Part shown: one piece after another, positions 14,393 to 28,390 of the stretch
Layout of the letters: each line of letters begins with the position of its first letter
Numbering within the stretch: position 1 is the stretch's first letter
Program-made: the position numbers and the translations under genes
Source: Eledone cirrhosa
Lineage: Eukaryota
Assembly (NCBI GenBank): GCA_964016885.1
Contig: OZ024742.1
Location: forward strand, 40,610,001 to 40,674,000
Direction of reading: 5' to 3'
DNA length: 64,000 bases
Notes under the pieces: model-generated
The model's database searches: none
Seen by the model: the letters and a program-made list of their open reading frames with translations, nothing else
Told to the model about the DNA's origin: nothing

Positions 14393-16889
14393 ACTCAGCT
14401 TCACGGCTATATACTAATCATATATATTATACATTCTTATAAGTCGCTCATTGTGATCTCTTTAGGTGAAAATAACCAACTGATGACGATAAGCAAATAA
14501 AGAACTCGAGACACTAACTTTGATAACATTATCCGTAATCTTAATAAGCGACTTCCCATATATACGAGACCCCATGCACATTTTCTGTTTACAAAATTCC
14601 ACTAACAGATTAATGGGCAGGGAGGGGTTGACTGCGCTGTGACCAGGTGCCTACAATACTTAAAGGGTCCCAAATTAATTTTTTTGCTACCATGACTAAT
14701 AAATTATACCTAGATGAAATTTTTAGCCAGGCTCCTTGGGCAAGCTTAATCTTCCCTCAGTCAACGAGAGGCTATAGCAGAAGAGACTTGCTCAAGGTGA
14801 TGCGCAGTGGGATCGGCTATAGAAAAACGTGGTTGCTTGTTAACAACGTAGCCATGCCTGTGCTGTTGAATACTGTAACCCTTCGATCTCCTAAAAAGAC
14901 AGTAGAGTTGTTGCTGGGATGACTTTTGATTATAGGTCCACACAGTCTGTATGGTCTCGGGTTCAATGCCGTATTATTACTAAGGCCAACTTGTCTGAAG
15001 TCTAGTGGGGTCCACATGGACTAAGATCCTGTCAATATTTTTGATGTTGTGAGGTGAAAATTTGAAGTGTTATAGGGGCCGCGAAATATTTAAAAACCGG
15101 GAGGTATGACCATGGGTTAATACGGTGCTGTCTGCGGCTAAACAATCAACAAGAGCCAGGGGGGGTGTTCGCTTGAAATAGCAGCTAACTTTCCCTCAAG
15201 TCAATCTTCAATTGGGAAAGGACTCATTAGATTAGACCTAACTACCCATTAAAACTGATAGGACGTTTAATAGGTGAACTGTGGTAACAAAATGACAACG
15301 TGAGAGCCACTACATGGCCGCTTGTCTTGTTAGAAATAGCAACTAAATTACATTATACACATGAAACGGGATAGATATATTGGATAAGGTAGAGATGAAT
15401 ATACATTACCCAAGAAAACAACGAGAGGGTCATAAATGGACTGCATTTGATCACAGATCCGCTCTGTCGAAACTGACCTGGGGCCTAAACTACAACTTGA
15501 CAAGTGATAATCTACTACAATGTGATAATATCTTACGTTTTTAATTCAACCAAATAGACATAATATATAAACATATCATAATAGAAATATAATTTTATAA
15601 AAACAATAGTATTTAAAAGTTATCTCGAGATAATTAAATTTATAGAAAAGTGTTTTAAGAATATAAAGGAATATACGGAAGAATGTCACAGAAGCAAACA
15701 ATATATATATATGTGTGTGCGTGTCTGTGTGTATTTATGTATGTATACACACATACATACACACACATATATATATATATCCACACACAAACACATATAT
15801 ATACATATATCCTACATTCGGACCTTTCGAAAAGTAGATCTATTTGTTTTTGGTTGTTGTTGTTTTTTGTTGTTGTTGTTTTTTTTTTTTGCTTTATTAG
15901 CCCCTGTTATTTTATTTCCATTTTTTTTTTTGCTGTTTTTTTTCTGTTCTCTTTTTTTGCTGTTAGTATTGTTATCATTATATCAGGATACTTCATTATT
16001 ATCATGTTAAAAGTTTTTTTTTTTTTCCCCTCTTCTTTTGTATTAGTTTAAGTTGCAATCATCACATTGTAATATATAAAACCAACATCAATCGTACTCT
16101 CTGTAATATATATATATAAACAGTTTCCGGTCTAAGGGTGGGGTGTCTCAGCTATAGACAGGGTCCCAATAATATTTTAAGACCCCAAATTAGTTTCACT
16201 TTTTTCTTTTCTTTTCTTTTTTTTCTTTTTTTTTTTTCTTAACATGCAATGGTCCCGAGGGAATGTTCACCTTGCAGGGACCTTGGGGATGTTTAATCCG
16301 CCCCTGTATGAATAAAACTTTGAGCAAAACAAATATGAATGATTGAAATATTAGAAAAACCTGAAGCAGAAGAAAAAAATACTAACGGTGTCATGAGAGA
16401 TGACACACCTCCTAATAAAAACGACCCGGTGATACATGAACTTGTCAAGTTATTCTCACAAACCACATGGTACAAATGTTTACTACTTACTTTAACAGAA
16501 CGCTTGTCAATGTACCGCTTATTAACATTAGTCCAACCGCATAGTGCTCAAATTTTGTCCACGCCATCTTAATAAATTCTAGCTATTGGTAATAATAATA
16601 TATATATATATATATATATATATTTATTTATATATGTACATATAATATATACATATATATGTATGTGTAGTACTTTCTCTCTATCTAGAAATTAAATGCC
16701 TGTTTGAAAGTGAGGCTAACTTACTGGTTTGTCCGAACCGGTGTAAATAGTAAATAAAAATCGACTATTCTTGCACTCCCTCCTGCACTCTTATTCCTAT
16801 CACTACTACTCACACTTACACTCACGTTCAGCAACCATCGCTGTTTTCATCTCTCGTTCCTATTATTTATTCTGTTTCCTCCTCACTCC

Positions 16890-16926
<37 letters not shown>

Positions 16927-17123
16927 ACTCTCACTCTCTCTCACTCCCCTATCTATCTATCTCTTTATCAATCTGTCGTTTTCTTTCCCACTCACTCTAT
17001 CTGCCGAACTGTCTCACCATCTCTCTATTTTATTCTTACTCTGTCTATCTATCTATCTACCTACCTATCTATTTATCTTTACTATTTATCTATCTCATTA
17101 ACTTGCTGTCGCTTTCTTACTCT

Positions 17124-17252
17124 CTACTACTACCACCACCACCACCACCACTACTACTACTACCACCACCACCACCACCACCACTACTACCACCACCACC
17201 ACTACTACTACTACCACCACCACCCACCACCACCACCACCACCACCACCACC

Positions 17253-17290
<38 letters not shown>

Positions 17291-18617
17291 CACCACCACC
17301 ACCACCACTACCACCACCACCACTACTACCACCACCACCACCACCACCACCACCACCACTACTACCACCACCACCACCACTACTACCACCACCACCACCA
17401 CCACCACCACTACTACTACCACCACCACCACCACAACTACTACCACCACCACCACTACTACTACCACCACCACCACCACCACCACCACCACCACCACCAC
17501 CACTACTACTACTACCACCACCACTACTACCACCACCACCACCACCACCACCACCACCACCACCACTACCACCACCACCACCACCACCACCACCACCACC
17601 ACCACTACTACTACTACAACTACTACCACCACCACTACTACCACCACCACCACCACCACCACCACCACTACTACGACTACTACTACTACTACCACCACCA
17701 CCACTACTACTACCACCACCACCACCACCACCACCACCACTACTACTACTACCACCACCACCACCACTACTACTACTACCACCACCACCACCACCACCAC
17801 TACTACTACTACCACCACCACCACCACCACTACTACTACTACCACCACCACCACCACCACCACCACTACTACTACTACCACCACCACCACCACCACCACC
17901 ACCACTACTACCACCACCACCACCACCACCACCACCACCACTACTACTACCACCACCACCACCACCTTCACCACCACCACTACCACCACTACCACCACTA
18001 CTACTACTACCACCACCACCACCACCACCACCACCACTACCACCACTACCACCACTACTACTACTACCACCACCACCACCACCACCACCACCACTACCAC
18101 CACTACCACCACTACTACTACTACCACCACCACCACCACCACCACCACCACCACCACTACTACTACCACCACCACCACCTTCACCACCACCACTACCACC
18201 ACTACCACCACTACTACCACCACCACCACCACCACCACCACCACTACTACTACCACCACCACCACCACCACCACCACCACTACCACCACTACCACCACTA
18301 CTACTACTACCACCACCACCACCACCACCACCACCACTACCACCACTACCACCACTACTACTACTACCACCACCACCACCACCACCACCACCACCACCAC
18401 CACCACTACTACTACCACCACCACCACCTTCACCACCACCACTACCACCACTACCACCACTACTACTACTACCACCACCACCACCACCACCACCACCACT
18501 ACCACCACTACCACCACTACTACTACTACCACCACTACCACCACCACCACCACCACTACCACCACTACCACCACTACTACTACTACCACCACCACCACCA
18601 CCACCACTACTACTACT
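17124..18617. repeat. ~1.5 kb compound (CCA/CTA)n trinucleotide repeat
   Basis: Direct inspection. It produces spurious poly-P, poly-T and poly-V ORFs. Confidence 0.97.
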
Positions 18618-18804
18618 ATTATCAATTCCTTTCGCGGGGTACCTACCAATTGAAACCTCATAATATCACACACACACACACACACATCAATGTGTCTCTG
18701 TTTATGTAGCATATATTTGGCTATATAGTATATACGTTTGTGTTCTGTTGTTTAGCTCCATGTCAATATCCACACATACACACACACAAACAATATACAC
18801 ACAC

Positions 18805-18854
<50 letters not shown>

Positions 18855-19695
18855 ATGTGTGTGTGTGTGTAAAAGATATATATATATACAAGTTAATATA
18901 AATTAATATATGATAAACACATAAGTGTTTGTATTATAACTCTAAATATAATATAATATATATATATATTTAATAAAATCAAGAATTAGAAATAGAAGCC
19001 AGGACTATCCATCATCAGTGGTCTACTAGCCATCATAGGTATTTCTTCGCATTACAGACCATATACCTCCAGCTAGGGCAATACAATAACTAAATTAAGT
19101 TATTGGGATAAAAAGAATTGGGTGGAAAAAGAGAGACAGGTAAATAAACACGAAAGATGAGGCAACGTAAAGAGAGAAAAAAATGAGAAAATCAAGTCAA
19201 TGATTCATTTCGAACATAAGAACTTGCGAACATTGACTAGAAGGCAAAGGCACATCTTGGCCGTGTGAATGTGAGCGAGGAAAGAATTTCGTACGGTGTG
19301 GGACGATGGAAGAAGTGAGAGAGAGGGTGAGTAGCAGAGAGTGAGTGAGTGAAAGTGTGAGGAAGAGGCTAGCCGAGAGAGGGTGGCTAGTAGAGGGAGA
19401 AGGAGAGAGAAGGGGGAGAGACAAAGAGGATAGCAGTAAGGGAAGAGAAAAAGACAGGTCACAGCGAAGGGGAAAGCATATATGAATGAAAAATAGCGAG
19501 CTGTGTTGTTTCGCCATTTTTCATATATATATATATATGTGTGAGTACGCTGAGATGCAACCGGTACTAGCAGTGAAACTCATGCTAGCCCCGTCAATAT
19601 ATATATATTGAGTACTCTGGTGCGTTATGGTCCACCTGGTTCCTTACCACACTTCCCTCGTTATATATATTATATATATATATATATAAATACAG

Positions 19696-19743
<48 letters not shown>

Positions 19744-19768
19744 TGTATACATACATATATATATATAT

Positions 19769-19886
19769 GAAGGCGTGTGGCTGAGTGGTTAGAGAATTAG
19801 ATTCGCAATCGTAAGGTTGTGAGTTCGATTCCTGGACCAGGCGATGCGTTATGTCCTTGAGCAAGACACTTTATTTCACGTTGCTC
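19769..19886 (+). mobile_element. tRNA-derived SINE 5' part (family S2)
   Basis: A box tggctgagtgg, B box gagttcgattcc, then tgtccttgagcaagacact. A diverged longer copy lies at 48524-48820. Confidence 0.75.
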
Positions 19887-19983
19887 CTTCTACCTGGAGT
19901 TGCGACCGATAGATAGTATTAGCAATTGGAAAGACCTACGGAAACATTGTTCCCTCGATCCGATTTGACGAAAGTCGATCGTT

Positions 19984-20032
<49 letters not shown>

Positions 20033-21094
20033 CTTGTGTATGTATGTGTTTATGTGTGGGATAGATACATAATTAGACCTGTAGAAGTTAACTCTCAATA
20101 TTGACCATTTAATTATATATGCATTTCACATAAGTTTTGCTTCGTTTTATCTTGTAATATACTCAAGGATAGTGTTTAACTATCTTGTTAGACGCCGTAA
20201 TCCAGAATGGACCAGCAGTAGTACCGAAACGGGGTCGAAACTGTGTACGTCGATTTCGACAGCTGATGATCAAGGGTTTCTTGTATCTGTTGCTAATTTA
20301 GCAATATTATCTGTGACGTACATGGCTCCCTCTCCGCCTTTCTTTAGTTGTCCATCTATTTTACCACGACTCCTCTTTTCTATCACGTGACACTCTTGTT
20401 TCGTTCTTTCGTCTCGGTACAATCACACCTTCCAGGCGTGACTATTGTTGCTCTTATTATTTGGACATGTGTATGTGTGTACGTAAGTGTGTATGTATGT
20501 GTATGTGTGTGTATATATGTATGTGTGCATGTATGTGTATGTTTGCGTGCATGTGTATGTACTTATGTGTGTTTATGCTCGTGTGTATATGGTTGTATGC
20601 GTGCGTTTTGTGTATGTGTGAGTGTATGTATGAATGAGTATGTGTGTGCGCACGCGTGTGTGTATGTGTGTGCTTCTGCATAACTTTATATATATATTTC
20701 TTTTCTATTTTGTCATTTCTATTTAGCGTATCTATTATGTATATATCGAAATGGTTGTCGTTGTTTAGCCCCAGGTCAGCCATAATTGAACAGACCTCTC
20801 TAATCAGCACCGTTCTAGCATCTTATATTTTTATTTTCAAACACGGTTCATCTAAGACTACATTATCTAGTTCTGTTTAACCCTTTCAATACTGTTATTT
20901 TTTAATAATAGTATGTTATTAATTGAAAATAGTTAATTTCGATCAAATATTACTGGTAGTGTGTATTTATATGTGCACCCTTTTAATAAGCCCATCGGAC
21001 ACTTTTGTCCCACCAATATTACACATCGTTAGTAATCAATATCTTAAGTAATAAACTAAGAAAAACAACTACCTAATGTTAAATGATATTAAAT

Positions 21095-21945
21095 AGGCGG
21101 TGGATTGGCAGTATCGGTAGAGGGTCGGACGCCATGCCTTGACGCAAAGAGTTACGGCCCTTGCCAGTCTGAGTTCAAATCCCGCCGAGGTTAACTTTGC
21201 CTTTCATCCTTACGGGGTCGATAAAATAAAGTACCAGTAATGTACTGGGTAATTGCTGGCCTTGTGCCAAAAGTAGAAACAATTAAATATTGGAAATATT
21301 CAGTAGAATTGAAACTTTATTGACTCATGTTTCTGTATGTGTTAATTAAGTGTATAATAACCATTGACTTTCATCTTTGGAATATGTATTTACACAGAGA
21401 TCTATTGTTTCAAGTTCTTGGATTTTTTCCATATTTATTCTATTATGTTCCTGAATTCTATCTTTAGTGTTTCTTTTTCTACATCTTCCTCATGTTATCG
21501 GTGGCTTTGCACAATCGGTAGAATGTTGGACAAAATGCTTAGCAGCATTTGGTCTGGACCTTTATGTTCTGAGTTCAAATTCGGCCTTACATCTTTCCGG
21601 GGTCGATAAAATAAAGTACCAGTCAAGTCCTGAGGTTGATTTAATCAATTTTCGCCTTCCCTTTAAATTGCTGGCCTTGTGCCAAAAGTAGAAACAATTA
21701 TTATCATTATTTCTTCCACAGTAAGGGCGGTGCATTGGCAGAATTGGTAGAACGTCGGACAATATGCTTTACGGAATAGAGTTACGGCCCTTTACGTTCT
21801 GAATTCAAATCCCGGCGAGATTAGCTCTGCCTTTCATCCTTGCGAGGTCGATATACAAAGCATCAGTAATGCACTGGGGTCGATTTAATCTACTTTCCCC
21901 TCCCTCCAAATCGTTGGCCTTGTGCCTAAAATCAAAAATCATTAT
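21095..21945 (+). mobile_element. Three tandem tRNA-derived SINEs (family S1): 21095-21285, 21498-21700, 21724-21945
   Basis: A box tggcagtatcgg, B box gagttcaaatcc, core cctttcatcc..ggggtcgataaaataaagtaccag, tail gctggccttgtgccaaaa. Confidence 0.85.
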
Positions 21946-22592
21946 TCCTTCTACAGTTTCATGCACATTTCTATTGCAACACCAATAGCACTTCTGCGTT
22001 CCTGTGGTGCATGCAACCTTGTATGTTCTTGTTTTCATGCATGGAGGAAATGTAGACTCTTCCTGTTAGCATACTGCATCAGTTTTATTTCGATATGAGA
22101 CTAGGCTGGTTTCTTATGTTACTTTAATGTTTCTCTTCTATATATGTGTGTGTTAAGAGTTGTGTTATTTTATTAGGTATTAATCTTGAAGAGAATATGT
22201 TGTATGAGTTATATTTTATTAGGTACTTATTGTTTAGGGTGTGTGGTGCGTGTAAATATGTTTCTGTCTGATTTTTGCTATTGAATCGATAATATCTTAT
22301 ACAGGATGTAGTCCGTTCCTAGCAGAGTTATTTCTTGGACAGTGCGTAGTGCGGTGAGTCCTGATATGGCGTCTATGTTTTTGTTCGTATTTTTTTATCA
22401 TATTTAGTGCTCCCAACATTATTGGCAATGGTAATAAAACTTTATTAATATTGTTATCATTATTACAACTTACTAAGATTCAATAATTATCATTGTTTCT
22501 TTCTATCACATTCACTTTCTGTATGTAGGTCACTCTTTTCAACACCATTTCCATCTCTCCTTCTCCTTCTCCTTCTCTCTCTCACACACATG

Positions 22593-22688
<96 letters not shown>

Positions 22689-22724
22689 AAGACAGGCTGA
22701 CGGATATATAGATAGATAGATAGA

Positions 22725-25700
22725 TTTCTTTATTAGCCACAAGGGCGCACAAGAAAGGGGGACAATACAAAGACATGCCGGGGATTTTACATACAGTCGT
22801 GTAAAAAATATAAAAACAAACAATTACAACAATCGAAATCCCCAATAGAGGGGGAAACGCCACAAATGGGTTGTTTAATACCCCGTCGATAGAACAACCC
22901 TCAACTCCAGGAGCGTGTTGAGCAAGTGCTCCTTTCCTCCTTTTGCTCTCATTTTCAGCCTACAGAGAAGGCCCAATCACTCGGGCCATTTTCGCTTCAT
23001 TCACCCACCTTTCAGTAAATGTACTGGGGTGCAGTGCCTCTCTCTCCACTCTGATTCTCCTTCTAAAGTGATACTTAAAGAAGGGAATCAATTGTTGTCC
23101 GGAGAGAAAGGCATCTGTCCTCAGTCCTCTCAATCTCGTCCACCATATAACTTCTTTCACCATAGACACCGTACAGAGGAAAACCGCCTCTCTTTCGTTT
23201 TTGAAAGAGGCTGGCGGTTTGATCCTTACTATGGACTCGGCAGTCAACTGGATTTGTCCCATACGCGACAGCAGTTGTTCTGCATAGTTCCACAGGTCGG
23301 TTACGCCCGGGTAGTGTACAATTGCGTGCAGGACTGTTTCAATGTCCTGCGCGCATCTTGGACACGTCCTCTTGGAAGGATCCCTGCCGGGGCGTCCGTG
23401 CTTGTAGATCTTGTCACGAACCGGTAGAGCTCCTCGGTAGCACTGCCAGGCCAGGGACCTCTGGAAGTTGTCCATAGGTCCCGGGCGGAAAGTCCTACCA
23501 AACAGACTGGTGAGCTGATCGTCGTCGACGCCTAGAGTCTGTCCGAGCACGTCGTCGCCCTTGTAACGTACAATCCTTCTATAGAATGTCGAAGTGGATT
23601 CTCCACTGATTGCTGCGCCCGCTTGCCAGAGGACTGTGAGCGCCTGAGCGCATTCAATGTGCCCGGTGCCCCTCATTTTCGGTCTTTTCCGTCAGCGAGA
23701 CGAGCTGTGGGAATGCCTGTCTCACAAACGGTGCCCACACCGGTTGGGGGTCGGTGAGGAATACCTGAAGATGCGGCAGCCTCAGCGCATGTTGGCACAT
23801 CATCAGCCACGGCATTCCCTGCCCTCCGTTGGAAGGGTGCTGAGAGCAGACGGATCTCCTCACCAGCGGAGCCTGCTTCTTCCACAGAAACTGGAAGAGC
23901 ATGCGTTCCATCTTTGCGAGCTGTTCACGGGGACAAGGCACGACAGTCAAGTGGTAGTAGATGACGGACGCTATGAAAGTGTTCGCCATCTCCGCCCGAC
24001 CTTTCAAGGACAGTTTGCACTCTGCCCACTTCTGGGTGAGCGCAAACACCTTGGCCGTGACCTCGTTCTAGTTTTCTCACCTGGAGGTCTGGACCGAACC
24101 AGACCCCGAGCAATTTCACTGGTCCGTCCGTTCAACGTCCAACGACGCTGTCGGACGTCACCGGTTTGCCTCCCCACGTACCGAGTTGCAAACCGACAGA
24201 CTTGTCCGGGTTTAGTTTTGCTCCCGTCAGCGTTTCGTATTCTTTCAGTAAGTTGCCGATCACCCTGATTTCCGAGGTGCTCGACACCATTATCGACACA
24301 TCCCTCGAGCAGATGCTGGTGTGCATCGCCTTGATCCAGCCTCTGAAAACGGGACCGAAACCGGCCGCCTTGAGAACCGCTTCCAAGTATCGATGATCGA
24401 CCCTATCGAATGCCTTAGACTGATCCAAATTGATCAGAGCCCCACTGAAGGCGGGTTTACTACCCACCCTCTCTATGATGTATCGCATGAGGTCGTGTAT
24501 GGACCTGGTCGGGATTGCACACGTTTGCGCTTTCCCTACCAGGTTCTCGACGACAAGCGCCAACCTCGTCGCTAGCACCTGTGTTGAGCAGAGTTATGGA
24601 CCTGAAATTGTTAATTTCGTCCCCCTTGTCCTCGTCTTTCCTGATCAGCGTTACTACGCCCTTGCCTGCAGAACTGGGAATTCTCCCGTTCTGCTTCCAA
24701 TTGCAGTAGACGGCTTCGAGGACGCCAGAGAACAAGTCCGGCATGCCTATGTAAAACTCATAGGGTAGACCATCTAGACCGGGTGACTTGCGTCCCGTAT
24801 CTCAGTGTCCGTGATCGGTCTTTCGCAGAACTCGGCGTCCGTGTTCGAGAGACGCGGCAGGCCGTCGAGGTATGAACTAAAGTCCATTGCCCCGTTCGGC
24901 TCACCGTCGTTCTGCTCAAACAGTCGCGCAAAGTGCTGCTGAAACGCCCCGCACATTTGCTTGGGGTCAAGTAACACGCGTCCGTTTTGGTCTTTCAAAA
25001 ACCGAATCGTTGACTTGTTGCCACTTTTCGCTTCCGCCACTCGGGACCAGCTAACAGCTTTCGCTCCTTCGTTTCCTAGAGCACGTGTTTTGCTTCTGAC
25101 CACGCAGCACGCAGCCTTCGTGTTTCGCATCGAAGAATTGGTCTAGTGCCGTTCTCGACGCTAACACTCTATCCGCGGTGCCACTTCTAAGTGCCTCCTC
25201 TACCTTGGCTACTAGTTCTCTTTCTATTTTGTTTTTCTCTAAGGCTAACTCTCTGCTAAACCCTATCGATTCTATTCTAATTGCTTTCTTGAGAGAGTAC
25301 CACCATTTATTGTTGACGATGGCTCCCGTTAACTGTTGCTTGACTAGTCTACTTATCAGTTCACTGTAAGCTTTACGTGCCGGCAACGACGCGTTCAGCT
25401 TCCAGTATCCGGGTCCTTGTCTATGTGTTCTATCACGGTTGACTAAGCAGACGACTAATTTGTGATCTGAATAGGTAACCATGTGCATTCGTGGACAGCT
25501 TAACATCTCCTTGTCCCTTTCTCTAATGAAGAACCTATCTAAATACGATCTAGATGTCCCGCTGCGGTTTGCCCACGTCCACTGTAGTGCAGTCGGGAAA
25601 TCCAGTCGATACCTATCGGCTAGTTGGAATTGGCCGATTAAAGTTTTGAGGCTGTTGCACCCCCCTCTACTGGGACATGCTCCCACATAGTCCCATCGTG

Positions 25701-28279
25701 CATCTAGGATACCATTCCAGTCTCCCACTAAAAGTAAGGAGCAAGACGTTCCCAGAAAAGACTCTAGACGCTTAAAGAAGTCTGACCGTGATTGCGATTG
25801 CCCGGTCGGGGCATAAACGGCCACCAGTCTGAAGGCTCCACCTCCAGTCTAGGACTACCAGTCTACCCTCCGGGTCCAAGTGTACTTGCTGTACTTCGAC
25901 GTCCAGGTTCTTCCGAAACATGACAGCCAGCCCCCTCTACCTCCTGGCTGACAGAGAGATGCGTAGATCTCAAAGTCGTCGCAGATGGAGGTTAGTTGCT
26001 GCCTGTTGTGGATCCTGGACTCGGTGATAGCTATAACATCCATACCGTGTGACCTAAGGTCGTTTAAAAGTTGGCCCTGTTTCTAGGGCATCCCTAGGCC
26101 ACACACATTCATGCTTCCAACACGTAAACTAGCCAGTTGGTGGAGAAGAGTTGGCGAAAAGGGCGAAAAGGTGCACTTACCTTTTCGTTTCCTGGAGATC
26201 GGGTTGTTCAATCTCCATTTCAGTTCTGGTGGGGGTGTTGGGTGGGGTGGGGAAACATTAATATGACGCGGTTAATAGGTTTTTGACAGGGGTTGCCAAC
26301 ATCCTTTTTCAATTTCTGAAAGGCTTCTATCGAAACCCTTATTAATTTTAGGTGTGGGGACGATTCTGCCTTGACGAAAGTTTTGCCCTCCGTCTCCACC
26401 TTGGGGTTTTGGGAGATGACCTCCATCAAACTCTTGTTGTTTGTGTTGATGTATGCGTATTTTTGTTTGTGTTTTTGTTGTGTTGTTTTAGTTTGTTGTT
26501 CGTCCGGGAGTTTTCTTTTTATGGTGGGTGCTTGTGTTGGGGGTGGTGTTGGTGTTGGTTTTGCTGGTAGAGGGATGTTTGACTGTGGTGTTGTTTGTGT
26601 TGTTGTTTGTGTCTGTGGTTGTGTGTTGGTGTTGGTGATTGGAGTTTTGGGAGTTTTGTGGTGTCTCTTTTTTTGTTTTTTAGATTTCCGCGGCTGTCCC
26701 TCTTCTTCACTTAAAGAAGAAGCAGCTTCATCCGTCGATGAATAATCATCGCCAGGAGTGTGCGGTAGGGGTATGTTGTGTGTTGGTGGTGTTTCGGAGT
26801 GTGTGTTTGTGGTAGTGTTTGGTGGAGTGGGATAAGGTGGGGCTGTGTTCTTCAGGGATGTTGTCTCTGTTTTTTCTGTTGTTGTTGGTTGAGTGGCTGT
26901 TTGTTTTGGTGTGGTTGCTCGTTTCGTCTGTCGTTGTACTTGTGGTGGTGGTGGTGGTGGTTGTTTTGGTGTTGGTGTTGGTAATAGTGTTTTTTTTAAT
27001 GATGTTGTTGTGGTGTGTTTGTGAAGGACAAGAGGCTTTTAGGTGTGCTGTGCTACCACAGCGAAAGCAATGAAATTTTCGTCCTTCTACCGAAATGTTT
27101 ATTTTGTTGATATCATCGATGACGATTCTTTCGGGTATTTTGGAGATTCTCGCCGGCCTCATTTGCAACAGAATCTCCAAATCAGTACCCGCCCACCTTT
27201 GTCGAATAGACTTTCGTATAGAAAGAATCATATCAGTTTCTGGCTCTACGAAGCCAGCCAAGATCCACTAGATGTTAATGTTTGGCGGTATGTTTTTTAT
27301 TTTTATTTTTTGTGTCCTTTTTCCCACGTATGTAGGGGAAAAGGTGCATGCTTTTGACACTATTGGTGTCACAGAATGTTTTGGGGCGAGTGCCTCGCTT
27401 TTAAACAGTACGGAAACACTTCTGTACTGTTTTCCTCGTTGGAGAAAGTCGATATTTGCTAGAATTTCCTTGAAAGAAGCTTCTATATCTGTTTGACTAA
27501 CAAATATTGGCTTTCTCGTGGTATTGGACACCGTCCTAAAGGACACTGTCCTTCGAATTGTGTCTTCCTTTATTTCAAGGGGTGAGTTAATTCTAAACCC
27601 ACCTTTCTCTTCGAAAGTTACAAATTTTCTCCCTTGCTGGAACATATCTCTTGCATTGGAGATGTCAAGATTTATAAAATCTTGTTTTTTGTTCACTGTT
27701 TCAGCGAAAGAGATTTTTTTTGTGTGGTGTTGCTGTTGTTGTTGTTGTTGTTATCGTTGTTAGCCTCGGTGTTGGAAATCTCAGTTCCTTGACGAGGTGA
27801 AACTTTATGTGTAGATGTATCTGTGGAGTTGTTGATGTTGTCTTTTTCATGTGTATGTATGTTAATGGGTTTAATTCCTGAGTTTTCATTTCTCTCCGCT
27901 TCGACGGTAGAAATTGAACAATCTTCAAATGGCAATATTTTTTTCCCTTTGTTGACAGTCGTATCTATAGCGACGTCCATAGTAGCAGAAGCAGATATAA
28001 CGTTAAAATCTGCCTCTTTCTCTCTCTTTTCTCTGTCGACGTTCTCCAGCGTCCTTTCCGTGTTATTCATGTTTTATAGTTGGCAAAATTTGATATTTTA
28101 AAACAATCTTTTAATTAAATTTTCGCACCTAAAGGGGCGAAAAATGGGATTACCACCCAGCTGATAATTCAGCTTGGGGGGTTAATCTACAAAATAATAT
28201 GTTTTTTCAAACAATTTGTTCTGTTTTTCGTATATAAATTTACAAAACATCTTACCGGCGATGTTCCACGCGTCAGGCA
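22725..28279 (-). mobile_element. Tx1/L1-clade LINE copy A, full-length, decayed
   Basis: ORF1 pieces 28070-26220 (CFRCGSTAHLKASC knuckle). ORF2 pieces 26136-22960 (APE: GDWN, SYLDRF, SDH; RT: LDQSKAFDRV; C-terminal CPRC..ETVLH). AATAAA plus (TCTA)n tail. Multiple frameshifts and stops. Confidence 0.93.
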
Positions 28280-28295
28280 GAGAGAGAGAGAGATA

Positions 28296-28389
<94 letters not shown>

Positions 28390-28390
<1 letters not shown>

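Noticed and set aside
16339-16572. 77 aa ORF faintly resembling a Helitron Rep segment (DPVIHELVK)
   Set aside because: Too short, with no diagnostic HUH or Tyr motifs.
16771-18712. 630 aa poly-Pro, 516 aa poly-Thr and 531 aa poly-Val ORFs (extensin or mucin-like)
   Set aside because: Pure CCA/CTA repeat open in several frames, with no credible start, signal peptide or splice context.
19769-19845. tRNA gene
   Set aside because: A and B boxes are present, but there is no proper acceptor stem and it continues into a SINE body.
20225-20280. Permuted hammerhead (GAAAC ... CTGATGA)
   Set aside because: Could not build consistent stems I-III around the core.
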